Shown in pieces: positions 41,501 through 50,900 of a stretch of 64,000 bases of DNA (positions within the stretch are counted from its first letter, which is position 1; each line of letters opens with the position of its first letter). Both the position numbers and the translations under genes were made by a program. The notes under the pieces are model-generated. The model made no database searches. It saw only the letters and a list, made by a program, of their open reading frames with translations, and was not told the DNA's origin. Source of the stretch: a virus; IMG/VR virus record IMGVR_UViG_3300035670_010555, positions 1 through 64,000 of that record; one strand, 5' to 3'.

Positions 41501-43619
41501 TGTTTGTTTCGTTATTCAAAACTTTATTCACAATGACATTAAGAACTGATGGATGGTCTACTACAATTTTCCATTGTAGTGATCCCGTTCTTGATGTATT
41601 TTTATAAGTATATATTGGTTCAGGTCGTCCCAAAAAGTCAGATTGATTCCAATTCGATGATATGCTTTCACTGAATGTTAATCCATATGGTGGAAACCAC
41701 ATAACTCTACCATCATTAGGTCCTCTCTCACAAACAGGTAAATCAGACGTTGAAAATCCTGGAGTACTAGATGTTCTCCATGCCAAATTTTCTAAAGAAA
41801 ACATATATTTTTTGGCAACCGCATTATTTATTGTACCAACAATATTCGTTGAATCCTGTCCACCTTCTTGTTTATTTGGTGCAATATTAAGGTTATAAGT
41901 CTTATCTAATACTGAATACGCAAATCTTCTGCCTTCAGTAGTAATACCATCTTGTTTCTGTAAATCGTTATACTGTAGATATGGTAAATCTTTAGCAAAA
42001 ACACGACAATACTCAGTACCTACCTCTTGACCGATAGCACCAACGTATCTATAAACTCTTGAACCTTTAGTAAGTTCTTTATATCCATCATTGAATACTT
42101 TACTTACTTGGTCTATTGCATTTCCAACGTGTTGAAGACGCTTACCTCCTTGAGGTTGGCTATCAATTATTCTTTGTGTTTTATCAAGGATTGAACCGTC
42201 CCTAAACTCATTATTGACCGATTCGGTATTAACGTAAGACGATGGTCTGAAGTCCTCATCTTGTTCAGTAACCTCACCACCAATACCAACTTTCTTACCA
42301 GCATTACCTCTGTACTTAGGTGAAACCCAAGTAAATCCACCTTCGATACCACCACCATTACTATATGTCGGCCCATTCGCACCAAGTCTTATTGATTGAC
42401 TTGGCCCTTCATATAACTGCGCCAACTCTGAAGGGCCATAGACAGGTGACTGTTGTTCAACACCAAATTGGTTAACTGGAACATCTCCTACAGGAGAAAA
42501 TACTTGGGATGGGTTAGAAGTTATACTTCCAACATAAAAGTTACTATTATCAGATACCGTACCTAAAAGAGTACCACCTAACCTTTGGAAAAAGTTTCTT
42601 GGGAAATTCGGTTTGTATCTGTTGAAATCAATGTTCTTGAATAGTCTAGACCTTTGTCCCGCTCCCATGTTATTAAACATGATTTGTGAACCTGTTTCTC
42701 CTCCGCCCATTAATCGGTTGAAGAACCTACCGACACCACTTCTTCTGAAAGCATTACCTAACTGTTGTATAGTTGTAGGTTGTCCTAAAGTAATGTTAGG
42801 GTCAAAATATGATCCAGGTATAGGTGATACAGGTAAAATACTACCTCCAAGTCTTAGTGCAAAATTAGTTGCTGCAAGTATTGGGTTTGCGGTTACTGTA
42901 ATGGTATAAACTGGTTCAATGATAGGTACAACACCAGCCAATATATTGACAATATCTGTCCCGCTTGAAACATTGAGAATATTTGCTCTACCTATTGTAT
43001 CTTGGCGTATTTGGTCCGCGATTCTTTGTTCAAACTCTCTCCTCAAAGTTTGAGCACCTAAACGTGCAATAAATGAATCTTGACTTAATAACCCATTACT
43101 ACCACTCGGATCAGGCGATAATAATATCGATACAGGTGTATAGGTTGATGATACAAAAGTTGTTGGATATGGTTGATTATTAAATGTGTTTCTTGCTAAA
43201 GGTCTATCTACTGACGAAAAAAATGGAGCACTATCTATTGGTAATTGATTTCCATTAGAAAAAACGTTGAGTGGTTTCCATTTTTGAGACTCAGGTCCTG
43301 ATTGGTCAAGTATGTTTGCATCTTGATATCCATACTCTCCCTCATTTGATTTTGTATTTAATAACGATCCAGGGTCTGGAACTTGTTCATAACCTCCTTC
43401 ATTTCCATATTGATTTAGTGGATATAATTTATTGGCAAAAGAAGGTTCATCAATCAATTTATCAGGACTATCTTGAACTGACGAATTCGATTGAACGTAT
43501 TCCGTATCGATTGGTTGTGTAGGTCTATTTGGAGCTTTTGCATAGGGTGTTAAATTCCTAGTCAAAAGTTTTTTTCTAAACCCCTCTGAATTTGCTAAAT
43601 CTAATAACGGACTTGCCAT
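38508..43619 (-). CDS. Baseplate tail-tube initiator-like protein (gp48/gp54 class) with an inserted OmpA-like domain
   Basis: WNQSDFLGRPEPIYTYKNTSR and FGAPPVLVLRVGDFY...PMIANVTLSF halves flank an FYFGND...YNLELSKRRIAATVKFF...ALGE...CRR segment. Confidence 0.65.
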   Translation of the reverse strand: MASPLLDLANSEGFRKKLLTRNLTPYAKAPNRPTQPIDTEYVQSNSSVQDSPDKLIDEPSFANKLYPLNQYGNEGGYEQVPDPGSLLNTKSNEGEYGYQDANILDQSGPESQKWKPLNVFSNGNQLPIDSAPFFSSVDRPLARNTFNNQPYPTTFVSSTYTPVSILLSPDPSGSNGLLSQDSFIARLGAQTLRREFEQRIADQIRQDTIGRANILNVSSGTDIVNILAGVVPIIEPVYTITVTANPILAATNFALRLGGSILPVSPIPGSYFDPNITLGQPTTIQQLGNAFRRSGVGRFFNRLMGGGETGSQIMFNNMGAGQRSRLFKNIDFNRYKPNFPRNFFQRLGGTLLGTVSDNSNFYVGSITSNPSQVFSPVGDVPVNQFGVEQQSPVYGPSELAQLYEGPSQSIRLGANGPTYSNGGGIEGGFTWVSPKYRGNAGKKVGIGGEVTEQDEDFRPSSYVNTESVNNEFRDGSILDKTQRIIDSQPQGGKRLQHVGNAIDQVSKVFNDGYKELTKGSRVYRYVGAIGQEVGTEYCRVFAKDLPYLQYNDLQKQDGITTEGRRFAYSVLDKTYNLNIAPNKQEGGQDSTNIVGTINNAVAKKYMFSLENLAWRTSSTPGFSTSDLPVCERGPNDGRVMWFPPYGLTFSESISSNWNQSDFLGRPEPIYTYKNTSRTGSLQWKIVVDHPSVLNVIVNKVLNNETNKTRIDSILESFFAGCRKYDIYELAKKYVTVNPNDLFELQQAISSKEMTREQIVYTRGTIESGAFSPNGGDQPLAQEGGGGNTNLNFDKYLQLGFYFGNDFPKPNTTINYTTEYARYTTEVNEQYSKKSNATETKSFFDTVVTPNYKAMDEFAIDLGKQLETNEGTVTVYISSSCSAPATESYNLELSKRRIAATVKFFVENDATKKYMEPNPVRLIVKEDTGSGGGRAGALGEVAISNPKKSNLTKGPYIDSLEPNGKTFGCSDTTVQGGDTLVGAKEIFTVGAMACRRSFISKIVPNLKAPQTGPNGEGTPGGQTNPTTSSGTIPVLIGNVVTQTVPEPVIEPRWEPRDNITKKVVRALLSECDYFETIKSETPMVYDNLKDKLKFFQPSFHSMTPEGLNSRLTFLQQCMRPGDTIPTVKQSTPGGKQELQYNNATNTSFGAPPVLVLRVGDFYNTKIIPTSLAINYEGLDINPEGIGVQPMIANVTLSFNFVGGSGLKESVDKLQNALTFNYYANTEIYDERADSTDIESSRILDQIFLAGQVPPPIPGVNSAAPNNGQDNNNTIGTIVSSLIDVSGITTGVISYSAFMGKVVTDTQTYFTNVVNKTKETVNQYNNAVRQQWMIERNYTQGNFNVSADTVVLFGKPNNVEKRFDEIFVQLDENIKNGTEGFIKFISEPSKNLSPKLIRALKENYRNFVSRKRSSFQNGISTITQSLVNEEQTYLQTLGRLNTILFDPTDSNTGTDGLQAKNGPVRIYVTSGTTDIHPTSESPDTYLELVEDTVKIQQDIAAFNTIIQGKRPFVYPATNTTYEGTLVFETVNGKSNAVTVEQVFLPFSTNPLLGNNAERRVYMTISDDVIDAQKYEVFKQELIGNVLGNQALLGDGSVDIEVIFDTYWIATARPIFLEENNITKSFIENLEKNDLKDYLIYTPFDTTKQRNLTFTTENSADSGQKTSQENMIKGLANTTNQNTNVLTWNDTNGNTTGAYISKSKLN

Positions 43620-43632
43620 TTATATTTTTATT

Positions 43633-43640
43633 AATAAATA
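43633..43640 (-). promoter_or_regulatory. Putative late-promoter box TATTTATT
   Basis: 13 nt upstream of ATG 43619. Confidence 0.5.
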
Positions 43641-43669
43641 GGTTATGATTGTTTTTTTATTTATAAATT

Positions 43670-45526
43670 TCAGTAGGTCGCGGCTCCCCCTCCTCTGAAT
43701 ACATTAGTAGGATTAGTAACTCTAACTATATAATCCTTAAACTTATCTTCATTTAATTTATCCGAGATAGTTTTCGTAATTTGTTCTTTCTGATCTGAAC
43801 TCAATCCTGTCGGCATTTCTTGGAAATTAACGTTTACCTTTATTTCTCCAAGTAACTCAATTAGACTCTTTTGTTCTTTTACTTGGTCAGCAACTGTACC
43901 TAAATTTCGGTTTGCACCTGACATTCCTTCAGATGTGACTTTTGTCCAAAAATCATCCTCAGTTGTCGTTCCTCCTTTTCCCCCACCTTTGAACATTTCA
44001 AAATCAAGCCCTTTAATTTTACCACTTAAATTATCAAGAAGTAAATCTATCTTGTCAGTCATATTTCCTACAAAACCCCCTTTTTGTGACAATTCCTCTT
44101 TTATTTGGTCGCCCGCCTTTGACAACATATCTTTGGATGAGTCTGTTATAGTCCCAAATGATGCGGTAGAATTTGTCACCAATGTATCCAACGCCCCTTT
44201 TATATCTCCCTTAACAATCATATCTTCAACTGACTTTCTAAAATTAGTTGAAGCGGCTTCACTCATTTCCCTAATTCTTTCCATAGAAATATTTTCAACA
44301 CCAGCTCTTCCCGTAACTTCAGCCAATGTTCTACCCCCTTCTCGTAAATCTTGTATATTCTTATCTGTTAAAATACCACCCAAAACGGCATATTTGATTG
44401 CCGCGATATCACTCTGTATGATCTCATCAACAGTTAATTGAGCTCTTTGTAACTCTTCTACAGTCATAGCTTCTGTTTTTTGTTCCTTAATCAAATCATT
44501 TAATTGTTCTTGAGTAAGTTCTCCTAACTTGACGGCTTCTTCCTGCCCTTTTATTTTTACTTCATATTGTCCACCTTCTCCCATCCTACCGATGTTAGCA
44601 AGATATTGTTTGTCCTCCTCATTTTCGAATTTTAGACTTGGGCTTATTTGACCTAATCTCTGATCGAGTTCGGCAGCAGCTAATCCCAATTTCGACATTT
44701 CTTTCGCGCTAACTCCCGTCTGAGATTCCAACTCTTTTAAGGTTAATACTCCTTGTGGATTTATTTTGAAAGTTTTGGTTTTTTCATCGAAGTAAGTGAA
44801 TTGTTGTGCTACCTCTACTAAACTGTCTTGCAATGATCCAGGGTCATTTATTGACGCGTTCATCAAGGCGAAAGGGTCGGCCAAATTACCGACCGCTAAT
44901 CCTAATCTTTGAAATGCCGCTGCAGTTTCGACCGCTCCTTCAGGACTTAAAACTCTTTCAGCTAACTGAAAAGTTTGTTGCATGTCAAACCTCAACATGG
45001 ATGCTTGAGCAGCCATTTTGGTTAATCCTTGAACTCCCCCCTCAAATTGGTATCGGTTCATTTGCTCCATGTTCTTTTGAACATCTTGCATAACTTGCCG
45101 AGCATTTCCACCAATTCCTCTTACATAATCTATTGAGCCTTCAAGAGCATCTGATATCGATTGAATCCCGACCCCAACGTCCAAAAAACTGTTGCTTAAA
45201 TCTTGAGCACTTATTCCAAGTACTTTGGACGCAGAAAATAAAGCTTTTATTTCTTCTTCATTAGCAACGACATTTCTTCGTGCCGCCACTCCTACTTCTT
45301 GTATAATTCTACCGACATCCTTAATATCCCCCCCTAAACTTCTTACAGCGGGTAAAGAGTCCGCCACAGCTCTCTCAAATTCGAAAACTCTCTCTCTTCC
45401 TTGTGTGAAGGTACCGATAATTTGATTAGATATTTTATCTAAACTTTGTCTAACATCATCAAAACTAAAATTGTCTTTGGGTTTTTCCGCTCCAGTACCT
45501 GAAGCCGTTGCTTCTTGAAAAAACAT
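43670..45526 (-). CDS. Probable tape measure protein
   Basis: Alpha-helical A/Q/E/K-rich composition; canonical position after tube and chaperone and before the hub genes. Confidence 0.65.
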   Translation of the reverse strand: MFFQEATASGTGAEKPKDNFSFDDVRQSLDKISNQIIGTFTQGRERVFEFERAVADSLPAVRSLGGDIKDVGRIIQEVGVAARRNVVANEEEIKALFSASKVLGISAQDLSNSFLDVGVGIQSISDALEGSIDYVRGIGGNARQVMQDVQKNMEQMNRYQFEGGVQGLTKMAAQASMLRFDMQQTFQLAERVLSPEGAVETAAAFQRLGLAVGNLADPFALMNASINDPGSLQDSLVEVAQQFTYFDEKTKTFKINPQGVLTLKELESQTGVSAKEMSKLGLAAAELDQRLGQISPSLKFENEEDKQYLANIGRMGEGGQYEVKIKGQEEAVKLGELTQEQLNDLIKEQKTEAMTVEELQRAQLTVDEIIQSDIAAIKYAVLGGILTDKNIQDLREGGRTLAEVTGRAGVENISMERIREMSEAASTNFRKSVEDMIVKGDIKGALDTLVTNSTASFGTITDSSKDMLSKAGDQIKEELSQKGGFVGNMTDKIDLLLDNLSGKIKGLDFEMFKGGGKGGTTTEDDFWTKVTSEGMSGANRNLGTVADQVKEQKSLIELLGEIKVNVNFQEMPTGLSSDQKEQITKTISDKLNEDKFKDYIVRVTNPTNVFRGGGAATY

Positions 45527-45542
45527 ACTTTGTTATTTTATA

Positions 45543-45550
45543 TATAAATA
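45543..45550 (-). promoter_or_regulatory. Putative late-promoter box TATTTATA
   Basis: Immediately after a terminator, 16 nt upstream of ATG 45526. Confidence 0.55.
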
Positions 45551-45551
45551 T

Positions 45552-45577
45552 AAAAGGACTGATTTTTCAGTCCTTTT
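45552..45577 (-). terminator. Intrinsic terminator closing the chaperone unit
   Basis: AAAAGGACTGA-AAAA-TCAGTCCTTTT; contains the TGA stop of the 45567 frame. Confidence 0.8.
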
Positions 45578-45746
45578 TGTTTAGTTCAACCCATTTATCT
45601 AAAAGATACTTCCTAATGAATATTGGCATTATTAAAAAATCAGAATAAGATATATTCAGAAGTGTCTTGAGATAGTAAAATTCATCTATCTGTCCTTTCC
45701 TATAATCAGAAGAAAGGACGAAAAAAGTCCACCCCAAACCCAACAT
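45567..45746 (-). CDS. Tail assembly chaperone C-terminal extension (gpT / gp51-like), probably reached by frameshift
   Basis: Unannotated 59-codon +1 frame: ...FVLSSDYRKGQIDEFYYLKTLLNISYSDFLIMPIFIRKYLLDKWVELNKKD*. It fills the gap exactly up to the terminator. Confidence 0.75.
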   Translation of the reverse strand: MLGLGWTFFVLSSDYRKGQIDEFYYLKTLLNISYSDFLIMPIFIRKYLLDKWVELNKKD

Positions 45747-46449
45747 TAACTGTTAGTTTCTCTCCTGATGGGGCCATTACTGTTCTCGTTAAATCTAGTT
45801 TAGGTTCATTTTCTTCCATGAACTTTCTTATGTATTTGGAATCCGCAATTGGCATTTGGTCTATAAATCTTGCGATTTCAGATTTATCTGTTACCCCATT
45901 TGCTTCAATAATTTGTTTGTTTAATCTCCAAGTAACTTTTGGTGCGGTTCTCCCTTGTGGATATGATTCCGACATTTTTTGAATTTCCAAAATTTCACCA
46001 TAAGTTAAAGGTTTAATCTTTACAGTTGTCTGAGACTTCGGTAACATAGTTACAAAAGTTCCATCATCAGATGGTTGTACCCCTTTAATAACATCTAATT
46101 CGTCAAGTCTAACAGCGCCTTTGAATGGTTTTTTTGTAATTGGGTCAACCAAGTTTAATTCCATTTCAGGTCCGAACGAGGTATTTCTTAAAAAAATTAA
46201 TATTGCTTCAACATCTCCTTCCAATAAATCTTCAATACGAACATCTGGTTCGTAAATCTTTGTTCTTAAAAGATTTTGAGTCATGTCGTTACCTCCAGCC
46301 ATTAGGATGTTTTCATCATTTGCTGTCAGGTATCCAACTTTGATTGATTTTTTCTTATTCTTGTAGAATAGACCTTGTGTCGGTAAAGGCACAACGTCGT
46401 GAGGTAACGTAAAATTCGATTGTCCGTGTTCTCTTGCTTGATTATCCAT
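45706..46449 (-). CDS. Tail assembly chaperone / baseplate hub assembly protein (T4 gp26-like)
   Basis: VPLPTQGLFY...YLTANDENIL...GDVEAILIFLRNTSFG...DSKYIRKF; lies between the tube and tape-measure genes. Confidence 0.75.
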   Translation of the reverse strand: MDNQAREHGQSNFTLPHDVVPLPTQGLFYKNKKKSIKVGYLTANDENILMAGGNDMTQNLLRTKIYEPDVRIEDLLEGDVEAILIFLRNTSFGPEMELNLVDPITKKPFKGAVRLDELDVIKGVQPSDDGTFVTMLPKSQTTVKIKPLTYGEILEIQKMSESYPQGRTAPKVTWRLNKQIIEANGVTDKSEIARFIDQMPIADSKYIRKFMEENEPKLDLTRTVMAPSGEKLTVNVGFGVDFFRPFF

Positions 46450-46455
46450 ATAAAA

Positions 46456-46490
46456 ATTTAACCGTAAAGTTTAGTGCTTTACGGTTAAAT
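46456..46490 (-). terminator. Perfect 14-bp stem-loop after the tail tube gene (terminator or attenuator)
   Basis: ATTTAACCGTAAAG-CACTAAA-CTTTACGGTTAAAT then TTTT; ends 6 nt before ATG 46449. Confidence 0.7.
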
Positions 46491-46530
46491 ATAAATGTAT
46501 TTGAATTTTAATAAATAGTATCTTGATAAA

Positions 46531-47019
46531 TTAGTAAACAAGTACGCAACGGTCCATTCTAAGTGTTGCGTTGATTGTCGCCAATCCATCCTGTGCGTAA
46601 CTCAAAGCGTTGAAGTTTACGTCAGTCAAAAATGTACCATAAAGAATCCATTTTTCTACAACAACTCCGGTTGGGTCCAACATTTCGAGGTCAACATCTT
46701 TTTTATAACCCGCAGCATAACCCATACGACCTGTCACAGATTCAGCGTGTAAACGTACCCATTCCATAAGAGCCTGAGCCGCTGAAGGTCCAATCGGATC
46801 TCTAAACACCGCTGGAATTGTTTGCCATGTGAACTTACCTGCAACATAAGTTTCAGTATTCAAGAAAGGAATTGGAACTGGGTTTATAACAATATGTGGT
46901 CTTGCAGAAGATTCAACAAACCATTCATTTATACCAAGTGATGATGGAAACCTTAAGATAAAACGATTCTGTCGTTTTGGTTCGTAAGGAATCGGCATTT
47001 TCATTAACAAATCAGCCAT
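46531..47019 (-). CDS. Tail tube protein (T4 gp19-like)
   Basis: YEPKRQNRF, YVAGKFTW, GYAAGYKKD..LEMLDPTGVVVEKW.L.G. Confidence 0.9.
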   Translation of the reverse strand: MADLLMKMPIPYEPKRQNRFILRFPSSLGINEWFVESSARPHIVINPVPIPFLNTETYVAGKFTWQTIPAVFRDPIGPSAAQALMEWVRLHAESVTGRMGYAAGYKKDVDLEMLDPTGVVVEKWILYGTFLTDVNFNALSYAQDGLATINATLRMDRCVLVY

Positions 47020-47053
47020 GTGTTTTTAATTTTTTTGTTTTTGTTATTTTATT

Positions 47054-47061
47054 GATAAATA
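47054..47061 (-). promoter_or_regulatory. Putative late-promoter box TATTTATC
   Basis: 34 nt upstream of the tube ATG. Confidence 0.5.
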
Positions 47062-47112
47062 TATCCTTTCACAAAAATTTTTCTATTTACTTTTTTTTTG
47101 AAAACGATATTC

Positions 47113-47943
47113 TTATTTAACTTCCTGCTTAACTCCTCCAGCAGTAGAATAAGTCTTTACTATATTATCTGGTTTATTTTTGAAGTGTTTTTGCATTACT
47201 TCTATATTTTTTGGATCATCGTCACTAAATCCTATAGATAAGTTATCTGGATTAAATTTATTACTAATATCCTTTTTTAAGAATGCTCTTTTATTTAATA
47301 CTGCGGCCATCGCCTTGATGTAATTTACAAAAGCCTCCATAGCCTCTACTTTAGCTTCTTCAGGATTAACCGCTCCTTGGTCATCACCAAAAGACACTGG
47401 ATGATACTTATTGAGTTCCAAATATGACTTGATTAATTCTTCGTCACTCATTTCATCTTCACCTACAAAAGACCGATATTTTTTAAGATTTTTAATTAAC
47501 TCGTCTTTATCTATCCCGTTGAATCCCTCTATAATATAATTATAAATTGCTTCTTTTATAGTGTTCGGGTTATGTCCCCTCGCAGTAATTATTGCAAATA
47601 TTGAACCGTTATTGATTGCCTCTCTAAAATCATCGAATGCTGGTCCTTTTTTTGCCCTCATAGCATCCACCAAAAAATCTTTGTCCCCGTCGGTTCTAAA
47701 ATTTCTGAATGGAGAATCACTATAACCCACAATCGTATTACCTTTATAACTGAATGGTTCTTTTCCTATTTGATGTCTAAACTCTGCGAAATCATCAGTA
47801 GACATTCCGACTTCATTGCCACTCTCATCTTTAACTAAAATTTTAGTCGGCATATGAACTATATTATCGTCCCAATCGAACGCGTAATATTTTAAGTCTG
47901 GAGTACCCTCACTTTTGAATCCTTCTGTAAAAATTTTTTTCAT
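47113..47943 (-). CDS. HAD-superfamily phosphatase-like protein
   Basis: Motif I YAFDWDDNI, motif II IITARG, motif IV GFSDDD. Confidence 0.75.
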   Translation of the reverse strand: MKKIFTEGFKSEGTPDLKYYAFDWDDNIVHMPTKILVKDESGNEVGMSTDDFAEFRHQIGKEPFSYKGNTIVGYSDSPFRNFRTDGDKDFLVDAMRAKKGPAFDDFREAINNGSIFAIITARGHNPNTIKEAIYNYIIEGFNGIDKDELIKNLKKYRSFVGEDEMSDEELIKSYLELNKYHPVSFGDDQGAVNPEEAKVEAMEAFVNYIKAMAAVLNKRAFLKKDISNKFNPDNLSIGFSDDDPKNIEVMQKHFKNKPDNIVKTYSTAGGVKQEVK

Positions 47944-47951
47944 TTGGCTTA

Positions 47952-47971
47952 AGGGGGGATTTCACCCCCCT
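47952..47971 (-). terminator. G/C stem-loop after the sheath gene (stabiliser or leaky terminator)
   Basis: AGGGGGG-TGAAAT-CCCCCCT; no long U-tract. Confidence 0.55.
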
Positions 47972-47979
47972 ATTAAATA

Positions 47980-50900
47980 TTAGATATTTTCGAACGAAGC
48001 TCCTGTTGGAGTGATAAAGAATTCGATATCGATGAATTCTAATGCCTTCGTAGGTTTCAAGTATATCTTTCCTGTTAATGTGTTTCTATCTAAATCTTCA
48101 GGTGAAGAAGAAACTGTAACTCTGAAGTCGAATAGACCTCTGTCTCTTCTAATTGAATCTAAGATAGGGTTAACACTGTCCAAGAATTGTTGTCTAACGA
48201 TTTGGTCATTTTGTTCGAACAACAATCTTACTGCTACTGCTGAAATCAACTTACGAGCTTGAAGTAATAATCTTCTTACGTTTAATCTATTAAGTGCAGT
48301 GTCAGCAACTTGTAAAGTTTTGTTACCCCAAATTACAGTTCCTACATCAGAGAAAGTTGCGATAGGGTTGATTCTGCCTTGATAAAGAGTGTCTCTATCT
48401 TCTTGAGTCAACTTAACTCTCGCTTTGATTGAGTTCACAAGACCTCTTGTGTAACCCGCTGAAGCGAACCAAGGGAATGCGATGTTATCTGTCAATGCCA
48501 AGTTTCTACAAACTTCACCTGTAGGTGGAAGATAGATTTGGGTATTATTTACAGTATCTCTTGTAAGAATCCAAGGATAATAAGTCGCAGTATAGTTAGA
48601 ATCGATACCTGTGTTATCCAAGTTGTCAACCGCTTCTTGAGGATAAATAATATCCTGTGGATTTGTTGCATCAGGAGTAAACATTTGGTAATCAGGTGTA
48701 GTTGCAATGTAAACTGAGTCCGCTCTTGAGAATTGTACCATGTCGATAGCTTCTTCTACAAGGTTAGAGTTGTTTACATAATCAATACTTGATGTTGCAA
48801 ATACGTTGATGTTGGTTGATTCAGGGTTAGCGAACGTTAAGATACCAAGTAAGTAAGCGTAGTAGTCGGTGTTTGCGAAATCTTGAGTATTGTTTTGAAC
48901 CACAATTCTCTTGAATAATCCAGTACCAGTTGCGTTTGGATATCTTTGAGACGGAGATGCTCCCGCCAAGAATCCTGTAGCTCCGATTTGGAATCTGTCC
49001 TCATTAGTCCTAAACTCTCTGTAAATGTCCCAACCATCAAAACCACCAGCAAAACATACCGTATATTTTCTTGAGAAGATGAAGTAATACGGATTCTCTT
49101 GAGTTTCAGGATCTCTCGTAAAATCAGCAACCCCACATTCAAATGCAGTTTGTCCACTCGTTAGTGAAGAGTTAGAAATTGTAACTACAGTTGCGCCTGA
49201 GTCCATGTGGAATCCTTTACTCAAGTAGTTCCAAGTTGCTCCTTCAACAGGTAATGGAGAATCTACCCAATTCAAAGGATTTTGTGTACCTTTGTATTGT
49301 AAGAATGAATCATCAATTCCGAATTGACTTGAGAAACCTAAATAACTTCTTCTAACAATATCTCCTGAAGATTCAGTTACATCAGTTGGTGCTCCGAATG
49401 GAGGGTTATAGATAACTTCACCAGGGAAATAATATTTTGTTTTGAAAATTGGAACTGGTGAAGGGTTACTTACTGAAGAGTATTCTCTTTGAGTGTAACC
49501 GTAGAAACCGCAAGGAATCGCATCGATTGGAGCTTCGTCAGCCAACTCAATCATTATGTAACGTGAAATCAAAGCGTATTCTCCATCACTTGAACCGATT
49601 TTCTTAGCAACGAAATTGTTTGAATTAGGATTCATGTTACAGTTAGTAAATTTCTCAATTACCACAGGGTTAGCATCAGTATCGAAGAAATTTCTTACTA
49701 ACACATCGAATGACATATTATTAAACGATAAGTTAGTGATAGAAACTTTTACTTCTGTGTTTGCTGCATTACCATCGGAAATTGATATAAACTTGAATAA
49801 GTTATAAACCTTGTTACCTCTGAGTTCAGACACTAAGAAAGGTGTACTTGGTGACTTATATTGGGTTACATTGTAAGCGATTGATTGTGGGTCTTGACTT
49901 CTAGCTCCTTCAAGTGCAATTAAATTACAATTCAAACCACGAATATATCCTTGGTTATAAGCGTAAGCCAAAGTTCCTGGATAAATTTCTTCAACATATA
50001 CCGGTACTTCATTTCTTGATTTACCAAAGTTATCAACACCTAATACTTTTGTTATGTACTTAGGAGAAGATGCTGACATAGATGTTTCAAAAGAGAAATT
50101 GTCGTTGTCTTTTGTAACACCTGAAATTAAGAATGACTCAAAAGGAGATTGAGTGACTCCTGAGTATTGTTCAGTACATACTAATTGTAAATCAGTTAAA
50201 CCACTAACTTCATAAATTGGTCCGTGGTTATCACTTGTTGTACTATTCGTATATAAAGATATACCTCTTGAACGTAAAGTCGCAACAACCATATTGTTGT
50301 ATTCAGAGTAAGCAGTACCTGAATAGTTATAAACCGTACCTGATATAGTACCTGAAAATGTAGATGATGCTCCTGAAGTTAGAGAAGATACATAATAAAA
50401 GAATGAGTATCCTGAATAAGCATTTCCTGATGTAATATCAAAATTAGCATAATACCATGGGTCATTTTCATCAGAGGACAAGTCATTAGTTGCAAGATTG
50501 ACAGTGTCACAAGCATATTCGTTAATGATGTTTGAATAAGTCGCGGTCAAATCATAAAAATCACTTTCAGGAAGAACTCCATAAACAACCGCAGTATTTG
50601 CGGATAGAGAAGGAGTATCCATGATATTATCAAGATTACTTGTAAAATCTAATCCTAAAGTTGATGTACTACCATCAGATAATCTGTATTGACTGTTAAA
50701 TTTAGCCAAAACTTCAGAAGGTAATGCTCCACCAACAAATTCAACAGTATTTCCTGAAGAAGACCCTGTGAAATCTGCCGACCAAGTAGTTCCTGTTACA
50801 GGACTGAGACCAATAGTTAATGGATCGACATTTGCAGTCACCTTAATACTCCAAGACGGACCAGCGTCATAACCTGATAAACCTAAAATTCTTGTTACGA

